A DNA stretch of 64,000 nucleotides from Lentisphaeria bacterium (GTDB taxonomy: Bacteria > Verrucomicrobiota > Lentisphaeria > Victivallales > UBA1829), in NCBI GenBank assembly GCA_017503545.1, contig JAFVSW010000079.1, positions 4,133-68,132 on the forward strand. Direction: 5' to 3'. Both the position numbers and the translations under genes were made by a program. Below the pieces are notes generated by a model. That model saw only the letters and a program-made list of their open reading frames with translations. It did not search any database and had not been told where the DNA came from. Shown here in pieces: positions 1-8,885 of this stretch (positions within the stretch are counted from its first letter, which is position 1; every line of letters starts with the position of its first letter).

Positions 1-1
1 G

Positions 2-3000
2 CTGACTGCTGTTTGTACATGGAATCTGGCAGCTGCTCCGGAACCCGGATTGCTGTTATACAGCAGTTTCGATAAATATAATACTACGCCTGATTATCAT
101 GCTTCTGCTCAAATCAAAGTCGGCGGAATTGCAAAAGATCTTCAGTTGCGCATGTTCCCATCCATGAAAGATGATGGTAATTCCGTTTGTCTCAACAACA
201 AAGAACGGATCACCTATTCCGTCCCCGGAAATTTCAAACCGGATGGCGGTACCGTTTCTTTCTGGGTCAATTTGCAGAACTGGTCACTTTCCGATACCAC
301 CTGGTTCAATTCTCTGTTTGAAGTCAGTTCCGCTCCGTCACAATACCGGTTTGTGATTTACAAATACCGGAATCATAAGGATTCCATAACATTCTATCTG
401 CAATCCGGAAAACATGCCTGTTCTCTTTATGCAAAGACGACCGGCTGGAAAAAGGATACCTGGCACAAGATCGATGTGGTCTGGAATCAGAAAGAAGTCA
501 AACTGTACGTGGATGCCAAACTGACGACCAACTATCAGACAAAAAAACTCCCTGCCGGTATGGTTTTGCCGAAAACGGTCAAAGGTGCCTTGATTACATT
601 GAACAGTCAAGCCGGATGGCGGCACAATCCCGCCTGGATCACCGCATATGATGAACTGAAGATTTATGACCGCTGTCTTACCGGCGAAGAAATCGGGAAA
701 GAGTATGATAAATTTTACCCCCGGAATTTTGAAGTCAATATCAAGCCGGGGAAAGCAACTATCCCGTTGACCGATACCGCCGTGAAGATCGACGGCAAAC
801 TGGATGAGAAAGAATGGCATAATGCGGCTGTGCTGCCGATCGTCAATCATGTCTCCCATTCACAAAGCCATCATGCGGTCACAGCCCGGGCATTGCTTCA
901 GTATGACAACGCCAATCTTTATCTGGCGTTCCGCGTGGATTCTCCGGCATACCGCAAGCGCGTGACCGCACGGGATAAAGAGATTTGGGATGACGACAGT
1001 GTGGAATTTCATGTAATGGGAATGGATGGCAAACCGCGTCATTTTATATTCAATGCCAATGGAGCCGTGTATGATTCTAAATCGGGAAAAGCGGCATGGA
1101 ATGCCAAAAATCTTCGTGCAGCCGGAAGTCACAATAAAAACGCCTGGAGTGTGGAAGTTGCGATTCCCCTGGCGGAATTGGGTGGAAAAATCGGCAAAAA
1201 TACGATTTTGAAAGGAAATTTCGGCAGTAATAACTGGAAAGCACGGACAAATTATCATACATGGAACTATGTTTACGGTTATCTGAAAGGATATGCCTCC
1301 CCCGAATTTTTTGGCGATCTTATTTTCGGCGGGAAACATGATGGTGTGCAATTTATCAAGTACGGCACACCGGAACAGGGCGCATTGGAATTGCAATTGC
1401 AAGGCAAACCGGGCATGAAAGCAAATGCAGAATGGCAGGCAGAAACCGGGGCAAGTTCCAAATGTAATATGGATATTCTGAAAAATACATGGTCGCCGGA
1501 ATTGCCGGTCTGCCGGAATATCATCCGGTATTCCGTACTCGATGCCAAAGGAAAAGAAATTTACCGGGCGGAAAATTTTGTAACCGTTCAGCAGCCGTTC
1601 AATATGACGTATTCTGCCAGAGCCTCGAAACATCTGCTTCTTGTCGATCTCTCCATCAACAAAGGTATTGGGACAAAAAACGGTAAACTCCGTCTTCTTG
1701 ATCCGGCGGGAAAAGCCGTTGCCGCCAAAGTTTTCACCATGAAGAATGAACAGACACAGGTCACTTTTCCGCTTCCGGAAAACCTGAAAGAGAATACCAC
1801 TTATACCCTGGAAGCCACACTCGGCAATTTGATCAAAAAATCTATTTTCCGGATGCCGGACTTTACCCCGTTCAAACAGCGGGCGGGGATCGATCATACC
1901 GTTCCTGTTCCCTGGAAATCGGTCACCGTCAAGGGGCGTGTATATACTGCGGGGAACCGTGTGTATACTTTTGACAAAGGTCCGCTGCCGACAAAAATGA
2001 CAGTGGATGGTGTTGGTGTGTTGTCCTCACAGGCGAAATTGCTGCTCAATGGTATGCCGGTTCAATGGAATGTCATCGTTCCCGGTAAAAATTACGGGGA
2101 TTATGCGGAATTCAAAGCGGAAGGGGCGTGCGGCGCAGTAAAATTCAGCTGTCGCGGGGAAGTCTGGTTTGATGGTATGTACCGCTGGGATTTCTCCATG
2201 ACTCCGCCGGAATCCGGGTTGGATATCAAAACCATGCAGTTGACCTGGGCTGTTCCTGCAAACGCATCCAAATATATTTTGAATCCTTATTATGTTCCGT
2301 GGAAAAACGGAAAAGCCGCACTCAAATGGAGTTGCGATGAGCGGGCATCCATTCTGTGGCTGACGGGTACGGAACACGGACTTGCCTGGTGGTGTCAATC
2401 CGATGCAAACTGGGTGATCGACCCCAACAAACCGCAGATTCTGTTGACCCGGAACAATGTTGCCGCTTCTGTCCGTATTGAAATGATTCAGAAGAAAGCA
2501 ATGCTGAGAAAAGCGGCGGATTATACCATGGTTTTCCAGGCGACACCACCGCGGAAACTGGATACTTCATTCCGCAAATGGCGTTATCACTCCTGGCGTG
2601 CCGGGGATACCAATTGCGGCGTTAGCGGCTGGAATACGGCTTACGGGATCAAAGATGCTTCCAATATTCTCCATTATACCACATTGATCCCGGCACATCC
2701 CGGGGAATATGGCAAACATTATCAGAATTGGAAGAAAAAAGGTGTTACGGACCTGGCATATTCCATGCCTGCCCATATCGGCAGAATGTCTCCGGAATAC
2801 GATTATTTTTATCCGGAATGGGCAGTAACACCGGGTGTCAAATGGGGAGCCAAAGATGAATTTACGGGGGAACGTTTTTATGTGGAACCGTGTTGCGGCA
2901 AAACCAGAGGTGGTGATTTGCAGGCATATCGTGCGGAGCAACTGTTGAAGACGTATCCGGCATTGGGCGGTATTTATTTTGACATCAGCCATGTTATAAG

Positions 3001-3799
3001 TTGCGATAATCCGTTGCACGGATGCGGTGGTGTGGATGCGTTCGGTAAAAAATTCCGGTCATCCACGGCACTGGCTCTGCGTGAATATTTCCTGCGTATT
3101 TACAAAATCACACGGAAATATAAACGGACATTGTGGCTTCATGCACACAATGCGTATTATCCCTTTGTACATGACTTTGCAGATTTATGGCTGCCGGGGG
3201 AAGAACAATATTTCCCCGTCTTGCGGAATCCGGAAAATCATTATCTCCACGGTATTTCAAAAGAAGAATATCAGTCTGCTTTGAACGCAAAGATCCGGGG
3301 TGTCGGGATCATGACGATTCCGCAGAATGCCCGTGTCTTGGGAGCTTCCCCCGAATTGAAAAAGCAATCGGAACGTTATACCGGAGAAGCGGCGATTAAT
3401 AAAGTGCTGATGATCCACCACATTTACGATTTGAACATTATGGCATTTCAAGCAAAAAATGTGCAGGATAAAACACTTTTTCCGTTCTGGGAGGTCCGTA
3501 AAAAAGTAAACCTTCCGGAAGCCGTATTTCATGGTTATTGGGAAGATCCTGCGGTAAAATCCAATGTGCGTGAGATTTATATTTCCCGTTATTCCTGGAA
3601 AAAGCCGATGCCCTATTCCCATGTCCTTGCCGTCGGCAACTGGAATAAGAAGCCGCAAAAACTTTCCTGCACACTCAACTGGAAAATGCTGAATGTAAAA
3701 CCCTCTGCCAAATGGTATGATCCCCATACCGGCAAAGAATGGGATCGGAATAAAATCATGGTTCCCGGGGAAAACTTTATCTTGATCGGGATAAAATAA
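2..3799 (+). CDS. Large glycan-active protein, probably 5'-truncated by the window edge: LamG/concanavalin-like lectin domain + CBM9-like domain + C-terminal DUF4091/GH123-like putative glycoside hydrolase region
   Basis: The frame is open from nt 2, with no stop before the TTG at 50 used by the ORF track, so the true start likely lies upstream. LamG-like segment: VSFWVNLQNW...WHKIDVVWNQKEVKLYVDAKL. CBM9-like segment: DGKLDEKEW...LYLAFRVDSP...DDSVEFHV...WSVEVAIPLAELG. The long C-terminal region resembles DUF4091-type hydrolases. A hairpin terminator follows the gene. Confidence 0.6.
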   Translation: MTAVCTWNLAAAPEPGLLLYSSFDKYNTTPDYHASAQIKVGGIAKDLQLRMFPSMKDDGNSVCLNNKERITYSVPGNFKPDGGTVSFWVNLQNWSLSDTTWFNSLFEVSSAPSQYRFVIYKYRNHKDSITFYLQSGKHACSLYAKTTGWKKDTWHKIDVVWNQKEVKLYVDAKLTTNYQTKKLPAGMVLPKTVKGALITLNSQAGWRHNPAWITAYDELKIYDRCLTGEEIGKEYDKFYPRNFEVNIKPGKATIPLTDTAVKIDGKLDEKEWHNAAVLPIVNHVSHSQSHHAVTARALLQYDNANLYLAFRVDSPAYRKRVTARDKEIWDDDSVEFHVMGMDGKPRHFIFNANGAVYDSKSGKAAWNAKNLRAAGSHNKNAWSVEVAIPLAELGGKIGKNTILKGNFGSNNWKARTNYHTWNYVYGYLKGYASPEFFGDLIFGGKHDGVQFIKYGTPEQGALELQLQGKPGMKANAEWQAETGASSKCNMDILKNTWSPELPVCRNIIRYSVLDAKGKEIYRAENFVTVQQPFNMTYSARASKHLLLVDLSINKGIGTKNGKLRLLDPAGKAVAAKVFTMKNEQTQVTFPLPENLKENTTYTLEATLGNLIKKSIFRMPDFTPFKQRAGIDHTVPVPWKSVTVKGRVYTAGNRVYTFDKGPLPTKMTVDGVGVLSSQAKLLLNGMPVQWNVIVPGKNYGDYAEFKAEGACGAVKFSCRGEVWFDGMYRWDFSMTPPESGLDIKTMQLTWAVPANASKYILNPYYVPWKNGKAALKWSCDERASILWLTGTEHGLAWWCQSDANWVIDPNKPQILLTRNNVAASVRIEMIQKKAMLRKAADYTMVFQATPPRKLDTSFRKWRYHSWRAGDTNCGVSGWNTAYGIKDASNILHYTTLIPAHPGEYGKHYQNWKKKGVTDLAYSMPAHIGRMSPEYDYFYPEWAVTPGVKWGAKDEFTGERFYVEPCCGKTRGGDLQAYRAEQLLKTYPALGGIYFDISHVISCDNPLHGCGGVDAFGKKFRSSTALALREYFLRIYKITRKYKRTLWLHAHNAYYPFVHDFADLWLPGEEQYFPVLRNPENHYLHGISKEEYQSALNAKIRGVGIMTIPQNARVLGASPELKKQSERYTGEAAINKVLMIHHIYDLNIMAFQAKNVQDKTLFPFWEVRKKVNLPEAVFHGYWEDPAVKSNVREIYISRYSWKKPMPYSHVLAVGNWNKKPQKLSCTLNWKMLNVKPSAKWYDPHTGKEWDRNKIMVPGENFILIGIK

Positions 3800-3821
3800 G
3801 CTGATTTTTCTGTTGTACCAG

Positions 3822-3866
3822 ACAGGTATCGGTCCGGATTATCCGTTCCGATGCCTGTTTTTTTTG
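3822..3866 (+). terminator. Rho-independent terminator after the LamG/CBM9 gene
   Basis: acaggtatcgg (3822-3832) pairs with ccgatgcctgt (3848-3858), including one G-U pair, and is followed by a T8 run. Confidence 0.7.
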
Positions 3867-4033
3867 AAAAATTATGGGATCGCAGTGCATTTTTTTATAA
3901 TTTTTTATATTTATTTCTGGAAAAATTCCTATTCAGGGTGTATTTTACCACTGTTTCAAAATATACTCAAACACGATAGCGCGGAAAAGGACTCGTTTCA
4001 GAATCAATTTTTCCGCCGGGAGTAGAAGCAATT

Positions 4034-5704
4034 ATGACAAAACAATGTGAATTATTTTTTGATCATTTGGTGATCGGAAGCGGTCTCGCGGGTTTGACGA
4101 CTGCTCTCATGCTCGCAGAAAAAACAACCGGCTCTATTGCCGTTGTAACAAAAGAAACCATCGACCAGTGCAACAGTAAACTGGCGCAGGGCGGTATTGC
4201 ATGCGTGATCCATCAGTCCGATACGTTTGAAGAACATCTTGCCGATACTCTCGCCGCCGGTGCCAATCTCTGTGATCCGGATGCCGTAATGGGAATCGTG
4301 AAAAAAGGTCCGGAACGGATTCAATGGCTTATTGATATCGGTGCCCATTTTACTACCAGAGATGAACTGGGCGACCCCAATGAACAGCATAAAGGGGAAT
4401 TCGACCTGGGACGGGAAGGCGGTCACAAAAAACGCCGTATCCTTCATGCCGGGGATGTGACCGGGGCGGAAGTGCAGCGGTCTCTGATTCAGGCTGTCCG
4501 GGCAAATCCGCAGATCAAAGTGTTTGAAAATCATATTGCCATCGACTTGATCTCCACCTGGCGTCTCGGTTTGATGGGGGACAACCGGTGTCTTGGTGCT
4601 TATGTGTTTGATGCTGAGAACAATTGCGTTGTGACATTTGCCTCCTATTCCACAACGATCGCCACCGGGGGCTGCGGTAAAGCCTATTTGTATACCAGTA
4701 ATCCGGATGTGGCATGTGGTGCCGGGGTGGCTTTGGGATATCGTGCTTATGCCAAGATTGCCAATATGGAATTTTACCAGTTCCACCCGACGATTTTGTA
4801 TCATCCGAAAGTGAAATCCTTCCTCATCAGCGAAGCATTGCGCGGAGAAGGTGGCGTCCTCAAGGTCATGAACGACAAAGGTGAATTGGAAGAATTCATG
4901 GATCAATATCACCCCATGAAGAGTCTTGCCCCCCGCGATGTTGTGGCGCGTGCCATTGATAATGAACTCAAACGGCGCGGTCAGACCAACGCCTGGCTGG
5001 ATATGCGCCATCATGATGCCGATTTCCTCAAGATGAGATTCCCCAATATTTACGCAAAATGTCTGGAAGCCGGTGTGGATATGGCAGTTGACCCGATCCC
5101 CGTTGTCCCTGCCGCTCACTTCAGTTGCGGCGGCGTCAAAACCGATCTCAACGGCTATACCGGGATCAAAGGTTTGTATGCTGCGGGGGAAGCGGCATGT
5201 ACCGGACTCCATGGCGCAAATCGACTGGCAAGCAACAGTTTGCTGGAAGCATTGGTCGTGCCGGATAATCTGGCAGCCCATATTGCGGAAAATCTGGAAG
5301 AATTGAAAGCGGAACGCCCCTCCATGCGTTTACCGTTGTGGACGAGCGGCGATGCTACATCGTCCGACGAGCAGGTTGTGATTTCCCATAACTGGGATGA
5401 GATCCGCCGTTTCATGTGGGACTATGTGGGAATTTGCCGTACAGACAAGCGTTTGGAACGTGCGATGACCCGTATTAAACTGATTCAGGCGGAAATCCAT
5501 AAATATTATTGGGACTTCCATTTGACGAAAGATCTGATCGAATTGCGTAACATGGCAACGGTTGCGGAATTGATTATTGAATCTGCCATGAGCCGGAAAG
5601 AAAGTCGCGGATTGCATTACAATCTTAATTATCCGGAACGCAATCCGGCATTGGATGGTGTCGATACCATCTTGCAGAAACCGTATAATCCACAGATGAA
5701 CTGA
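4034..5704 (+). CDS. nadB: L-aspartate oxidase
   Basis: N-terminal FAD fold HLVIGSGLAGLTTAL. Fumarate-reductase/aspartate-oxidase family motifs AQGGIA, HAGDVTGAE, FYQFHPT, SEALRGEGG, RLASNSLLE and ESRGLHYNLNYPE. The 556-aa length fits NadB. Confidence 0.9.
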   Translation: MTKQCELFFDHLVIGSGLAGLTTALMLAEKTTGSIAVVTKETIDQCNSKLAQGGIACVIHQSDTFEEHLADTLAAGANLCDPDAVMGIVKKGPERIQWLIDIGAHFTTRDELGDPNEQHKGEFDLGREGGHKKRRILHAGDVTGAEVQRSLIQAVRANPQIKVFENHIAIDLISTWRLGLMGDNRCLGAYVFDAENNCVVTFASYSTTIATGGCGKAYLYTSNPDVACGAGVALGYRAYAKIANMEFYQFHPTILYHPKVKSFLISEALRGEGGVLKVMNDKGELEEFMDQYHPMKSLAPRDVVARAIDNELKRRGQTNAWLDMRHHDADFLKMRFPNIYAKCLEAGVDMAVDPIPVVPAAHFSCGGVKTDLNGYTGIKGLYAAGEAACTGLHGANRLASNSLLEALVVPDNLAAHIAENLEELKAERPSMRLPLWTSGDATSSDEQVVISHNWDEIRRFMWDYVGICRTDKRLERAMTRIKLIQAEIHKYYWDFHLTKDLIELRNMATVAELIIESAMSRKESRGLHYNLNYPERNPALDGVDTILQKPYNPQMN

Positions 5705-5718
5705 AACGTACTACGCAA

Positions 5719-7032
5719 ATGACTCTGAAAAGTAAAATTGACCCCCGGATCACGGAAATTGTCGCGCGTTTGCAGAATGCCGGGTATGAAACTTATATCG
5801 TCGGCGGTGCTGTCCGGGATTTTCTTCTTGACCGCAATCCGAAAGATTATGACCTTTCCACGGCGGCGACCCCGGAACAGATACGCAGCGTGTTCCGCGA
5901 TAAAAGAACGTTGATTATTGGCAGACGGTTCCGGCTCGTTCATCTGTTCCTCGGGGAAGATATTATTGAAATCAGTACATTCCGTAAACGGCCCAATGCC
6001 GAAGATCAGGCGGATCGCCCACCCCGTGCCGCCAATGCTCCCGAAAATATGATCTTTCAGGATAACGAATTCGGAACTTCGGAAGATGATGCGCACCGCC
6101 GGGATTTTACCTGCAATGCCCTCTTTTATGATCCCGTCAATAATAAAATCATGGATTTTACCGGATCCGGACAGGATGACATCAAGGCGGGGATCGTCCG
6201 CTGTATCGGGAATCCCGCATTGCGCTTTGAAGAAGACCCGGTACGTATTCTGCGTGCTTTGAAATTAGTTGGTCAGTACGGGTTTACATTGGAAAAAGAA
6301 ACGGAGGAGGCGGTCCACTCGGTCATGCCGTTGATCGTCCATGTTTCCATTTCCCGTATGACATTGGAACTGGAAAAGATTTTGAAAAATCCTTATGGAG
6401 ACCGGATCCTTGCCACATTCCGCAAATACGGCTTCCTCCAATATTTCCTCCCTGCCCTTGACCGCCGGTATGATACCGAACAGGGACAATATGCCATGGC
6501 GTTGCTGGCAAAACGCAATGAACGCCTCCGCGCCGGTTGTTACCGGGACAGTATGTCGTTGGCGATTTCTTTGCTGACCCTTCCGTTCTTTGAAAAATCT
6601 CCATCCGGCTCCGGTATTCAGGGTGGACTCTGGACGCCCCGCAGCGGAATCGAACCGTTGATTGCTGACTTGATCCGTGCTTTGTTCAAACCGTGGGCAT
6701 TGACACGCCGTGCCTGTGCCGCCGCCGTCCGGAATTTTCTGCCCCAGGTCCGGTTGAAAGCCGGGGAACGTTTACCGCGCCGGGTACAGGCTGCCGGTTT
6801 TGCCACGGCGCGGGAAATGGCATTGATTCAGAACGAAGTCCAATGGCATATTGAAGACTTTGAAACGCGGGTCCCCCAGTCCTTCCGGATCGGGGGAAAA
6901 CCCGGCAAACGCAAAAAAAAGAATCGGCATAACAAAGACCGCAGATACAATAATGGATCCACTGCGCCGTCCAATATGACGGAACAGCAAAGTGCTGATA
7001 TTCCAGTGGATGCAACACCTCTTGGTTTTTGA
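5719..7032 (+). CDS. Poly(A) polymerase / CCA-adding tRNA nucleotidyltransferase family protein (PcnB-like, basic C-terminal tail)
   Basis: Class II nucleotidyltransferase head IVGGAVRDFLLDRNPKDYDLSTAATPEQI and RRDFTCNALFYD. Lys/Arg-rich tail GGKPGKRKKKNRHNKDRR. Confidence 0.75.
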   Translation: MTLKSKIDPRITEIVARLQNAGYETYIVGGAVRDFLLDRNPKDYDLSTAATPEQIRSVFRDKRTLIIGRRFRLVHLFLGEDIIEISTFRKRPNAEDQADRPPRAANAPENMIFQDNEFGTSEDDAHRRDFTCNALFYDPVNNKIMDFTGSGQDDIKAGIVRCIGNPALRFEEDPVRILRALKLVGQYGFTLEKETEEAVHSVMPLIVHVSISRMTLELEKILKNPYGDRILATFRKYGFLQYFLPALDRRYDTEQGQYAMALLAKRNERLRAGCYRDSMSLAISLLTLPFFEKSPSGSGIQGGLWTPRSGIEPLIADLIRALFKPWALTRRACAAAVRNFLPQVRLKAGERLPRRVQAAGFATAREMALIQNEVQWHIEDFETRVPQSFRIGGKPGKRKKKNRHNKDRRYNNGSTAPSNMTEQQSADIPVDATPLGF

Positions 7033-7039
7033 CGGATAA

Positions 7040-8398
7040 GTGACGGATATGATGAAAAACGGATTGGAACAACTGCATGACACCCTGAATGAGACGGAAA
7101 TCTCCTGTTCCGTTCTCTTTCCGGATGACGAGTCATGCCCGTTCCCCGGACCGCAGCTGCTGAACCTGATCCGTCATTTGCAAAAAGAAAGTGACGATGC
7201 CGTTTTCATCTGGAATCAATTATATCGGGATATCCCTGCCAATAAAACATTTACTCAAGTGCTGGACCATGCCGTCCTTTCCATGCTTGCCCGTCGTTTT
7301 CCCAATGCTGCGCCGAAAACATTTCTGGGGGATACCAATGAATCTGACGGCGCATTTTACTACGCCCATGTTACCCGGCTGATCCGTCATTTGCAGACGC
7401 TTTTGCCGGATGCCGCTGTTCTGGTGGAAAAGGAACAGGGCGGTCTGCCCCGGCTGATTCCGTCTGCCAGACGTATGACGGCGAATGCTTCCATTTTTCT
7501 CCGTTTGGGCGCCGGTGCGATTGGATTGGAATTGCGGAAATTGACCGGGGAGCAGGATATTTTCAACAGTGCCAGGGTATTCCGTCACAAAGGCGGCGTG
7601 TTCCGTCCGTTGGTTTTGGATTCCATCCGGTCAGTGAATGATTTTTATGGTTATCACGATGCCCGGCAGACCTTTATTGAACATTTCAAGCAATTTGCGG
7701 AAGGGAAATCGAACCTGCCGCTTTTGATCAGCAGTCTGCCCGGATTGGGCAAGACGCAAATGACGATTGCCCATACCTTATATTATCCGGAATTGACCCT
7801 GATTCTGCCGGATGCTGAAGACATCTCCACAGGCTTGGAAGCGTTGCTTCATTCTCTGGAACCGCATAAGGACAAACGTTTTGTATTATTCTTTGATGAT
7901 ATTGACGCGTCTGCTACGGATTGGTATTCCTTCCGTGCCAATGTGGGTGGTGCCTTCAATCTGCCGGAACATGTGACGATCGTCATTTCCTCCAATCAGC
8001 GTTTTCCGGCAAACATATCCAGTCGCGGTCGCGGTTTTGTGTTCCCGATTTTTGATGAGATCCGTTGTCAGGAAATGATTGCGGATTGCCTGATGTCTAA
8101 AGGGATGAAAGAGCCATCCCGGGATCTGGTTTCTGTCATAGCGTCCGACTATGTGGAAGAATTCGGGCAGAAAATGTTTGAAGAATTAAGCCCACGGACC
8201 TTGGTACGGTATCTGCAAAGTTATAATTCCGACGCTTCCAAACGGCGGAAAATGCTGGAAAATTCCAGAAATGAATTGATTACCGAACCGGATGCCCAGG
8301 TTTTTTATGATGAAAATGTGAAACTTATGCGTTCGATCTATGGAGATTCCATCCTGGAAGAACTGCGTCAAAAGGAGTACAATGGCGGATTTTCCTGA
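7040..8398 (+). CDS. P-loop ATPase, DUF815-like AAA family, function unknown
   Basis: Walker A SSLPGLGKTQMT. Walker B-like FVLFFDDIDAS followed by VTIVISSNQR, a pattern reminiscent of DUF815 ATPases. Start is GTG at 7040 or ATG at 7049. The 3' end overlaps tadA by 17 nt. Confidence 0.5.
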   Translation: MTDMMKNGLEQLHDTLNETEISCSVLFPDDESCPFPGPQLLNLIRHLQKESDDAVFIWNQLYRDIPANKTFTQVLDHAVLSMLARRFPNAAPKTFLGDTNESDGAFYYAHVTRLIRHLQTLLPDAAVLVEKEQGGLPRLIPSARRMTANASIFLRLGAGAIGLELRKLTGEQDIFNSARVFRHKGGVFRPLVLDSIRSVNDFYGYHDARQTFIEHFKQFAEGKSNLPLLISSLPGLGKTQMTIAHTLYYPELTLILPDAEDISTGLEALLHSLEPHKDKRFVLFFDDIDASATDWYSFRANVGGAFNLPEHVTIVISSNQRFPANISSRGRGFVFPIFDEIRCQEMIADCLMSKGMKEPSRDLVSVIASDYVEEFGQKMFEELSPRTLVRYLQSYNSDASKRRKMLENSRNELITEPDAQVFYDENVKLMRSIYGDSILEELRQKEYNGGFS

Positions 8399-8885
8399 TT
8401 TGATCCTGAATGGTTTGCCCATTCAGTTTGATGATGAACATTTTATGCGTGCAGCTCTGCGTTGCGCTGAAAAAGCAATGGCGGCGGGGGAAGTCCCCGT
8501 GGGGGCGGTTGCGGTCCGGAACGGCGAGATCATTGCCCGTGCCTGGAATCAGGTGGAAATGCTCAAAGATGCCACCGCTCATGCCGAAGTGCTGTTGATC
8601 AGTTCCCTTTCTTCCGTAATCGGTGACTGGCGGCTGGAAGATGTGGATATTTATGTCACAAAAGAACCTTGTGCCATGTGTGCCGGGGCTATGGTCAATT
8701 CCAGAGTGCGCCGGGTGATTTTCGGGATGGCAGACCCCCGGTCCGGTTGTGCCGGTTCGGCGTTGGATGTGACCGGATTTTCCGGGATGCTTCATCAGGT
8801 GGAAGTGAAACGGGGTATTCTGGAATGTGAATGTTCCTCTATCATGAAAGAATTTTTCCGTTCTGTCCGGAAAAAGGAGAAATGA
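8382..8885 (+). CDS. tadA: tRNA adenosine(34) deaminase
   Basis: CDA zinc motifs HAEVLLI and PCAMCAGAM. AAGGAG lies 4 nt upstream of the ATG at 8382. The ORF-track start at 8340 lies inside the upstream gene and was not used. Confidence 0.85.
   Translation: MADFPDLILNGLPIQFDDEHFMRAALRCAEKAMAAGEVPVGAVAVRNGEIIARAWNQVEMLKDATAHAEVLLISSLSSVIGDWRLEDVDIYVTKEPCAMCAGAMVNSRVRRVIFGMADPRSGCAGSALDVTGFSGMLHQVEVKRGILECECSSIMKEFFRSVRKKEK

Noticed and set aside
3813-4025. 70-aa ORF in the gap between the LamG/CBM9 gene and nadB
   Set aside because: It starts inside the terminator hairpin and runs through AT-rich promoter-like DNA. It has no Shine-Dalgarno and a hydrophobic low-complexity product, so the region is treated as the nadB promoter/leader.
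3867-4033. Looked for a NAD+-class riboswitch or other leader upstream of nadB
   Set aside because: No tandem stem-bulge structure or conserved core that I could recognise. Only AT-rich promoter-like sequence is present; an Rfam scan would be needed to exclude it formally.
8340-8381. Upstream-extended starts given by the ORF track (8340 tadA, 8831 RNase II, 12791 DUF5107-like, 33010 tatD, 33725 tcdA, 42643 mutS, 54497 Sel1 lipoprotein, 57874 ATPase, 58234 SDR)
   Set aside because: In each case the extension lies inside the preceding gene or promoter region and lacks a Shine-Dalgarno. An internal ATG with a Shine-Dalgarno and/or the expected N-terminal family motif or signal peptide gives a better model.
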